Part shown: positions 57,638 to 64,000 of the stretch, one piece after another
Layout: the number at the start of each line of letters is the position of its first letter
How positions within the stretch are numbered: position 1 is the stretch's first letter
Program-made: the position numbers and the translations under genes
Notes under the pieces: generated by a model
What the model was told of the DNA's origin: nothing
Seen by the model: only the letters and a program-made list of their open reading frames with translations
Database searches by the model: none
Source of the DNA: an uncultured virus (IMG/VR IMGVR_UViG_3300032327_000778)
Taxonomy: Duplodnaviria > Heunggongvirae > Uroviricota > Caudoviricetes
IMG/VR virus record: IMGVR_UViG_3300032327_000778
DNA: 64,000 bases
Reading direction: 5' to 3' (one strand)

Positions 57638-57918
57638 TACTTCTTAAGTAGTTCATCTGTAATAGTTGGCGGAATTGGTGGTGATTCTTCTGGTTCTGCA
57701 TAAACTGTAGAAGGTTCTGATAAATATGCTTCAATATTTACTCCACAAATTTCTTTTTCACCAGTACACCAATCTACTTTATAAATAAGTTTATCACCAT
57801 ACACTTTTAGTGTAGCAAACTCATCTTCAGTAATTGTATCACCAACAAAAAGTTCAGTTTCTCTGCCATCTACAATAGCAGTAGCTTTAGCATTAATTAC
57901 TTGTTCGATTTTATACAT
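57637..57918 (-). CDS. Hypothetical acidic protein
   Basis: ATG 57918 after GAGGG SD. Confidence 0.65.
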   Translation of the reverse strand: MYKIEQVINAKATAIVDGRETELFVGDTITEDEFATLKVYGDKLIYKVDWCTGEKEICGVNIEAYLSEPSTVYAEPEESPPIPPTITDELLKK

Positions 57919-57922
57919 ATTA

Positions 57923-59719
57923 TTATCCCTCGATTTTAGAAATGTTGTTTTGTTTAACAACGTGTACCTTTTCCAATAAGGGGTGGCTGAATCCGTGACT
58001 AACAAGGATAGTATTGAGAGATTCTTCTTTAAGTAAGACTTCAATTAACTTTTCCTTACCATCTACATCTAAGGCTTCTATAGTTTCATCCAAAACTAAT
58101 AGATTTATCCTGCTTTGACTTAAACTTTGCATTAGTTTACGAATTGCTAATAATGTTGCCACATTAACTCTGGCTCGTTCACCTCCACTAAGCGCAAGTA
58201 TATCAATATCTATTCCATTATCAGTAATAATAACATTTAATTTATCACTACCACTAATTTGAAAACTGATTTGGAATCTGCCACCACTAAGTTCGCCTAG
58301 ATACTCATTACTGATGCCTTCTAGGTCTTTAACAAGATTTTCAATTTTATACGCTACTAATCCTGTTGTACTAAATGTTTTCACTAAAGTATTAACAGTA
58401 TTTAATTTTGCAGTTAATTGTTTTGCTTTTGCAGTCCATTCATCAAGTTCTACTTCCATTTCAACTATTTGTGATTTAATCAATTCTAGTCGATTATTAT
58501 GGACTGTTACTTCTTGATTATATTTTTCTGCATTGGCAATATCTTGTTTTGTTTTTGCTATTTGTTGTTGCAAACCTTTTAATTGTTTTTGTAATATTGC
58601 TTCATCTAATAGACTATCAGGCAATTCCGTATCTATTAATTGATGGTACTTTTCCCATTCTTCTTGATTGCGTTTTGCAATATTCCAACTGTTAAGTTGG
58701 TCATTGTATTCTTTAATACGCTTAGTTTCTCGTTCACCTTGAGCTTTAGCAACTAAAACAATGCCGTCCTGCTCTGTGATTAAATTTTTAGTTTTTGTTT
58801 CATCAATAGCTTGTAAACAGGTAGGACAATTACCATGTAGTGCTTCCATTTTCTTTTTAAACATGGTTGCATCTTGAATAGTTTTATCGTACTCAGCTTT
58901 TTTAGTTATTGATACACTTATATCGCCATCAGGTTTATCTGGTAATGGCAATAAGTTAATTTTATCTTTTAACTGCTTATAAGTATTATTTTGCGTAATC
59001 TTTTTATTAGTTTTCTCAATATCCTGAATAGTAGTTGACAATCTACTAGCTTCTGCAACTAGACTATCGTCTAAAACCGATACTGGAGTGTAACCTTTTG
59101 TTTCAAAACTTGTTTTACTATACTTGTTAATCCATTGTTGAATAGTATCTAGTTTAGCTTGTGCTTGTGCAAGGTCTTTACCTACTTCCGCTGCTGCTTG
59201 TTTAAATACTTCTCCAGCCTGAGTATATTTGCCTAAATTAAGTAATTCAATTAAAAACTTTTTTCTAGCAGTATCAGCACTGGTTAAAAACTCTAGGCTG
59301 CCTGCATGACTTTGATAAACAATCTGTGAAAATGTTTTGTGATCAATGCCAATTAACTGTTCTACAAGTTTATAAGTAGTAGTGGCTGTATGTCCACTAA
59401 TATCTTCTAAACCTTTATAAAGTTTTACTTGTTGTTGTGTGCCGCGCTTTGTTTCAATCCTATATTCGCAGCCGTCTTTATCAAACACAAGTTCAATTTG
59501 ATAGTGTTTGTCTTTAATATAACGATTTAAAATATCGCCTTTTTTAATGCCTTTACTATTCTTGTTGAATAGGACTTCTTCTAAGATTAGCGCAACACTG
59601 CTTTTACCATGTCCATTTTTACCCACAAGCTGAGTAAGTGGACTTTGTGTAAAATCAATCCTATTGTTCTCACCATAACTAAAAGCATTAGACCAGCGTA
59701 GTTCTTTTAGTATTATCAT
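57923..59719 (-). CDS. D13: SbcC/Rad50-like ATPase (T5 D13-like)
   Basis: GKNGHGKS, CPTC zinc hook, LSGGE, LVLDE. Confidence 0.93.
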   Translation of the reverse strand: MIILKELRWSNAFSYGENNRIDFTQSPLTQLVGKNGHGKSSVALILEEVLFNKNSKGIKKGDILNRYIKDKHYQIELVFDKDGCEYRIETKRGTQQQVKLYKGLEDISGHTATTTYKLVEQLIGIDHKTFSQIVYQSHAGSLEFLTSADTARKKFLIELLNLGKYTQAGEVFKQAAAEVGKDLAQAQAKLDTIQQWINKYSKTSFETKGYTPVSVLDDSLVAEASRLSTTIQDIEKTNKKITQNNTYKQLKDKINLLPLPDKPDGDISVSITKKAEYDKTIQDATMFKKKMEALHGNCPTCLQAIDETKTKNLITEQDGIVLVAKAQGERETKRIKEYNDQLNSWNIAKRNQEEWEKYHQLIDTELPDSLLDEAILQKQLKGLQQQIAKTKQDIANAEKYNQEVTVHNNRLELIKSQIVEMEVELDEWTAKAKQLTAKLNTVNTLVKTFSTTGLVAYKIENLVKDLEGISNEYLGELSGGRFQISFQISGSDKLNVIITDNGIDIDILALSGGERARVNVATLLAIRKLMQSLSQSRINLLVLDETIEALDVDGKEKLIEVLLKEESLNTILVSHGFSHPLLEKVHVVKQNNISKIEG

Positions 59720-60669
59720 AGTTCTAGCTTGTCCGAGTAATTGTAAAATTCTTTTAGTGTTTCTGAAACTGCATCCTCATTAAGCTGTAGAATATAGGTT
59801 AAATATTCTTTGACTTCTTCGCCTAGGCTAAGTTCTGGATCTAGGATTAGCTGAGTTTCCTGTGCGCGTTTAACTACTTTTTTATCAATAAGATCGCTAT
59901 CTTCCAACTGCCCTAGTTCGTGTAAATCACCCTCAATTTCATAAATTGTGTGATGAAATTCAGTTTGCGGTTTAGGGTCGTGTACACCTACTGTTTGCTT
60001 AATTAACTGTGGAAGCTGAAAAGGCATCCAGATATGAGTTAAATTATCGCAGTCTAGTAATATAGCTCCAGTATTAACCTCATTACGGTGAAAGCTAGTA
60101 GTATAAGGGCTGCCTGGGTATAGAATGTTTCTTTGTGAGTTCTCATAGCTGTGTAAATCTCCTGCCAGCACTTTTTGCCAACGATCAAATAGTGCTAGAT
60201 CAACTTCTGGTTTAACGTGTGGTGGAATTTCTCCACGAACATGAGTACACAAAATCTTTTCATCAAAAGTGTATTTTGTAGTTTCTAGTTCTTTTAACTT
60301 ATTGTATGGTACAAAATCAATACCGTGTCTGGTATAGAAATCATCTACAATAGTTACTAGCGGATTGATCCTAGTAGTAGCACGTTTTAAATAACTTAGA
60401 AATGTAGTATCTTTTTTAAGCATTTCATGATTGCCTGGATAGACAATGCACTCTACATCAATACTAGCAATTAAGTCAAAGTATAACTCAACTTCATCCA
60501 TAGTTGGAAGTCTGTCGAATATATCGCCGCCTAAAACTACTAGGTCAGCGTGCCGTTGCATTTCTTTAAATTGATCAATAAATAGTTGAAATCGTTGTTT
60601 AGCCCATTCAACTGGAACATTTTTTTGACCTAGTTTTATGTGTATATCTGCTGTAAATAATATGTTCAT
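59716..60669 (-). CDS. D12: SbcD/Mre11-like nuclease (T5 D12-like)
   Basis: ADIH, GGDIFD, GNHE, GDLH, YPGSP. Confidence 0.92.
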   Translation of the reverse strand: MNILFTADIHIKLGQKNVPVEWAKQRFQLFIDQFKEMQRHADLVVLGGDIFDRLPTMDEVELYFDLIASIDVECIVYPGNHEMLKKDTTFLSYLKRATTRINPLVTIVDDFYTRHGIDFVPYNKLKELETTKYTFDEKILCTHVRGEIPPHVKPEVDLALFDRWQKVLAGDLHSYENSQRNILYPGSPYTTSFHRNEVNTGAILLDCDNLTHIWMPFQLPQLIKQTVGVHDPKPQTEFHHTIYEIEGDLHELGQLEDSDLIDKKVVKRAQETQLILDPELSLGEEVKEYLTYILQLNEDAVSETLKEFYNYSDKLEL

Positions 60670-60681
60670 GTTATACCAGAC

Positions 60682-60716
60682 AAAATAGCCCGCTAAAGCA
60701 GATACCTTAGCGGGCT
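60682..60716 (-). terminator. Intrinsic terminator after SSB gene
   Basis: AGCCCGCTAA...TTAGCGGGCT followed by ATTTT on minus strand. Confidence 0.7.
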
Positions 60717-60722
60717 TGTTGT

Positions 60723-61358
60723 TTAACCTAGCTCTTTTACGGCTTCTTGTTCGCTTTGAGAATTTTCTTCTTCTACACCAGCTTGAAGTTTTTCCAACAA
60801 TGCTTTTACTTCATCAGGGTTTGCACGAGGATATTTTTCATCAATAGGCAGTGCTTTTGCGGCCAATTCAAGTTCCTGAGCATTTAGTTTGCGGGGTTTA
60901 CAACGCAAAACTTGTAGCGTGTATTCTACGTTATAAGTAAGAGGCCCAGTTTTTACTCGTTTAAATACTACATCCCAACCAGTCTCAGGATCGGTAGGAT
61001 CACCAAGATCTTCTGCTGCTGTAATAATTTGTTCAAAAAGTTTCTTTTTTAGGTTAAGAACTTTGACTTTTCCGTCTTTAGGATCAATACAATTAACTGC
61101 ATAGCTCCATGAACACTTGAGATCGGGATGAAATTCAGGAACCCAATCTTTTTCCAAGTTGTCAAATTTTTCTTTGTCACGGCTAAACGCAAGACACTCC
61201 ACAGGAATATCTTTGTTGTTAGTACCACGAACCCAGTATACATAGCGTGGTAGTACGCCACCAATCAATCTGACTACATTCTCGCCGTCTTTGTATTCGT
61301 AGCTTTCAACTGAAGATTTTTGTGCGCGACCTTTTGTTTGCTTAAAGCTAAGTGCCAT
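60723..61358 (-). CDS. D11: Single-stranded DNA-binding protein (T5 D11-like)
   Basis: LPRYVYW, ECL.F, LKKKLF, GDPTD...GWD, acidic tail; synteny. Confidence 0.85.
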   Translation of the reverse strand: MALSFKQTKGRAQKSSVESYEYKDGENVVRLIGGVLPRYVYWVRGTNNKDIPVECLAFSRDKEKFDNLEKDWVPEFHPDLKCSWSYAVNCIDPKDGKVKVLNLKKKLFEQIITAAEDLGDPTDPETGWDVVFKRVKTGPLTYNVEYTLQVLRCKPRKLNAQELELAAKALPIDEKYPRANPDEVKALLEKLQAGVEEENSQSEQEAVKELG

Positions 61359-61360
61359 TT

Positions 61361-61747
61361 TTAAGTTTCCTCGTGTATAAATTTAATTTGTTTGTTTGCG
61401 ATTATTAAAAGCGGGTTTGACTTTATTTTGTCAAAGTCAATATCAGGATATAGTGTTAAATCTAGTGATTTAATGCCGTAAGTTTTATATAAACCGTAAT
61501 TTCGTAATCCGGCTAATCTAATATATTGTGCTCTATATGCTGAGTCTATGCCCGTGTTATTGAAAAATTGCTCAGGCTTTAGTAAAAAACTACTTCCTAC
61601 TCGTAGTCTGGATAATGGCTTGTATTTTTCGTGAACATTTTTTGGTATAGTCACACCTAGATAAAACTTACGCAAGGCTTCTACCATGTATTCGGCATTG
61701 CATTGTGTATCTCGTTCTAGGATTTTAAGGTTAAAAAATAAAGTCAT
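61361..61747 (-). CDS. Conserved T5-like hypothetical protein between D10 and D11
   Basis: G.SFL..P, Y..LA..RNY; promoter TTGTAA-N17-TATAAT at 61767-61795. Confidence 0.75.
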   Translation of the reverse strand: MTLFFNLKILERDTQCNAEYMVEALRKFYLGVTIPKNVHEKYKPLSRLRVGSSFLLKPEQFFNNTGIDSAYRAQYIRLAGLRNYGLYKTYGIKSLDLTLYPDIDFDKIKSNPLLIIANKQIKFIHEET

Positions 61748-61806
61748 TTCTCTGATCTAAGAATATATTATATCACAGTAAAGCTGGATTTACAAGTGTA
61801 AATTTT

Positions 61807-63102
61807 TTATACCAGTTCAATGTCCCAACCTTTACGCATATAAAATCCTAGTCTATCCCTATTTTGTTTTTTGTCTTGATAACCTGCAAATTGCATATCT
61901 AAGACTACTGGTTGCAGTTTATCCTCATGTTGCCGCTGAATTCTGCCTACAATTTGTTCTAGCAAACTATCATTTGCAATTGGTACTGCTAAGATAACAC
62001 AACTAAGCGAATTTATGGAGATGCCTTCGCTAAAGATTTGCCGGCTACCAGCAATGCACATTTTTTCTTTTGTGAGTAATTGCTGCTTGATTTGTTGACG
62101 TTGTTCAAAATTGGTTTCGCCAGTAACCAGCACACACGTTTCTCCAACATATTCCTTTACCTTTTGTAAAAATCCAACTCTGTCTGCAATAACTAAAACT
62201 TGATGACCAAGTACTACTTGAATTTTTGCTAGTTGTGAAATAAATGCTTGATAGTCTTCGTCCTCAGTGAGTGCGTTAATTTTTTCTACCCAGGTTGCAC
62301 CAGGTTTAAGAGTAATACCCGTTTGTATTAATTTAACTTCTGGATTTAGCGTATGTGATTGTGGTGGTTTGTATACTTTACTACCAAAAAAATCTGGAAA
62401 CATTATGTGTTTTCCGTCTTTTCTGTTCATAGTGCCACTAAGTGCTATTCTATAACGAGCATGAAAATCGTCTATTAACTGTGAAAAAGTATTAGCAGGA
62501 CAATGATGCGCTTCATCCAAAATTATAGTACCAAATTCTTTGGCTAGTTTAGCACTGTGTTTTACTAGAGTTTGAACATTGGCTACTGTAATAGCATGAT
62601 CTTCCCAATCTAGTTTGCCACCACCAATAACGCCTACTTGCATACCAAATAGTGTTTCTACTTCTTCAATCCACTGGTCTCGTAGTGCTGTGGTGTGCGT
62701 AACAACCAATGTTTTTTGCCCCAGTTTCCTAGCCACGTGTAGGGCTGTAAAAGTTTTGCCCCAGCCCACAAGAGCATTGATAAAACAAGTATCTGTAATT
62801 TCTTCATATACTGCCAATTGTGAATCGCGTAGGGGAAATTTTGGCTCTGGAAATGGAGCCGGTAAAATTATGCGTTTGTCTACAATTTCATAGTTACTAG
62901 GTATTAAATCTAATCTACCTTGCGGTATACTTAAAATGCCTTTAGGCAACAATTTATAGTTTCTGATAGTTTCTACTGTACTAAATTGTTTACTACCAGT
63001 GTCTTTATGAATTTTATAGGTAAGTGTTTTTATTATACGTTTAGATTCTTCTACACCTGGATTGTCCAAGTAAATTCTGTTACTTATAATTGCTTTTGCC
63101 AT
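61807..63102 (-). CDS. D10: SF2 helicase (T5 D10-like)
   Basis: GWGKT, DEAH, LSGT, QIVGRIQR. Confidence 0.92.
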   Translation of the reverse strand: MAKAIISNRIYLDNPGVEESKRIIKTLTYKIHKDTGSKQFSTVETIRNYKLLPKGILSIPQGRLDLIPSNYEIVDKRIILPAPFPEPKFPLRDSQLAVYEEITDTCFINALVGWGKTFTALHVARKLGQKTLVVTHTTALRDQWIEEVETLFGMQVGVIGGGKLDWEDHAITVANVQTLVKHSAKLAKEFGTIILDEAHHCPANTFSQLIDDFHARYRIALSGTMNRKDGKHIMFPDFFGSKVYKPPQSHTLNPEVKLIQTGITLKPGATWVEKINALTEDEDYQAFISQLAKIQVVLGHQVLVIADRVGFLQKVKEYVGETCVLVTGETNFEQRQQIKQQLLTKEKMCIAGSRQIFSEGISINSLSCVILAVPIANDSLLEQIVGRIQRQHEDKLQPVVLDMQFAGYQDKKQNRDRLGFYMRKGWDIELV

Positions 63103-63629
63103 TATACTAACCTGTGCGTTGCTTTAAATGCTTCATTATAAAATCCATATAATATATAGCCTAGGCCCCAGCGAAGTATGCCTGCATAGTATTGCTCTGG
63201 TTTAGGAGCATACATACACTTAAATCGCTGAGGTAGACCATCCACTTCTACTATAGCACCCATACCATTAAGCGGCAAAACTTTTTTAATCTTGTGCGCA
63301 GTCAGCTTGGCGCGACTAGATTTTCTGTACTGGAATATTTTTCCGCTATTATCAATAAACCAAGTTGTTTGTTTGGCTATTTTAATTAAATCGCCTAAAA
63401 AGTATACTGCTTGGCGTATAGGAAATAGTTTTGCGTCTACTATACTCAATCTACGCAAACCTAGTGTAGATCCTTGCACAGATTTATCATCTACAATACG
63501 TAAACCTACTTTAGTCTCTAGCGTGACCTTATCCACGTACTCTTTAGAGTAGTAGATAAGGTCATCCTCTTGAATTGGTTTATGTTCACCTAGTCTGAAT
63601 ACGGGCCAGCTTATCTCCAGTAAATTCAT
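63102..63629 (-). CDS. Conserved T5-like hypothetical protein between DNA polymerase and D10
   Basis: PVF.L, VDD....G.TLG.RRL, FID..G..F; synteny. Confidence 0.75.
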   Translation of the reverse strand: MNLLEISWPVFRLGEHKPIQEDDLIYYSKEYVDKVTLETKVGLRIVDDKSVQGSTLGLRRLSIVDAKLFPIRQAVYFLGDLIKIAKQTTWFIDNSGKIFQYRKSSRAKLTAHKIKKVLPLNGMGAIVEVDGLPQRFKCMYAPKPEQYYAGILRWGLGYILYGFYNEAFKATHRLV

Positions 63630-64000
63630 AAGTAGCCCTAAAATCTCCAAAACTATAGTCGTCGCCAATGTCTTGATCTACACCAATAGGTGTACCAGCA
63701 ATACTACAACCATGATTGTGCTGAGTATTTAGTTTAAGTATTTTACAGTAATTATCTACATGATCTTCTCTAACTATGGCTACAATAGAGTCATGCACAA
63801 GCATAAAAATCTTTGCATCAAGACCCTCTTGCACAATATGTCTAGCAGTTCGCATAGCTGCAAGCAAGTTAACGTCACTGGCTAGTGACTGTACTTCGGC
63901 ATTAATACCGCTACGTATTTCATGTGCTGCAATACCTTTATCGCTACTAAATACATTAGGCAACCTACGTTTGCGGCCAAAAAATGAATAAGTAAATCCA
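63586..64000 (-). CDS. Family A DNA polymerase, C-terminal part (truncated by window edge)
   Basis: FGRKRRLP, N..VQSLASD, motif C LVHDSI. Confidence 0.9.
   Translation of the reverse strand, partial: GFTYSFFGRKRRLPNVFSSDKGIAAHEIRSGINAEVQSLASDVNLLAAMRTARHIVQEGLDAKIFMLVHDSIVAIVREDHVDNYCKILKLNTQHNHGCSIAGTPIGVDQDIGDDYSFGDFRATYEFTGDKLARIQTR

Noticed and set aside
4365..64000. Stop-codon reassignment
   Set aside because: Standard code gives dense full-length genes with intact motifs
53535..64000. Introns, inteins or homing endonucleases in RNR, helicase or polymerase
   Set aside because: ORFs have ordinary lengths and contiguous motifs

Overview
A 64-kb section of a lytic, T5-related (Demerecviridae-like) siphophage, probably infecting a Gram-negative aquatic host. 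(1) 1-~4080 is a pre-early-type region of small minus-strand genes: a DEDD exonuclease fragment, a Dmp-like HAD nucleotidase, a SprT protease and an A2-like protein. They form cassettes separated by four copies of a palindrome-rich repeat carrying back-to-back sigma70 promoters, and the region ends in a probable genome-terminus motif. (2) 4365-52694 on the plus strand holds a PlcP/Agt-like phospholipase C + glycosyltransferase pair, the terminases with inserted genes, Dps, HNH nickase, portal, a protease-capsid fusion ORF, and T5-like neck, tail tube and tape measure. These join a lambda-like tail tip, about 20 kb of fibre/adhesin genes, the lysis genes and PhoH. (3) 52733-64000 on the minus strand holds class II RNR, dUTPase and the T5-like D15-D10 and DNA polymerase block. 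The most notable signals are the pre-early cassette/repeat architecture with apparently leaderless promoters, a four-way-junction RNA leader before A2, the lipid-remodelling gene pair, a covarying hairpin shared by the capsid and tail-tube leaders, and a holin-like/endolysin fusion interrupted by a -1 frameshift. All family assignments come from motifs and synteny recognised by eye; no searches were run.
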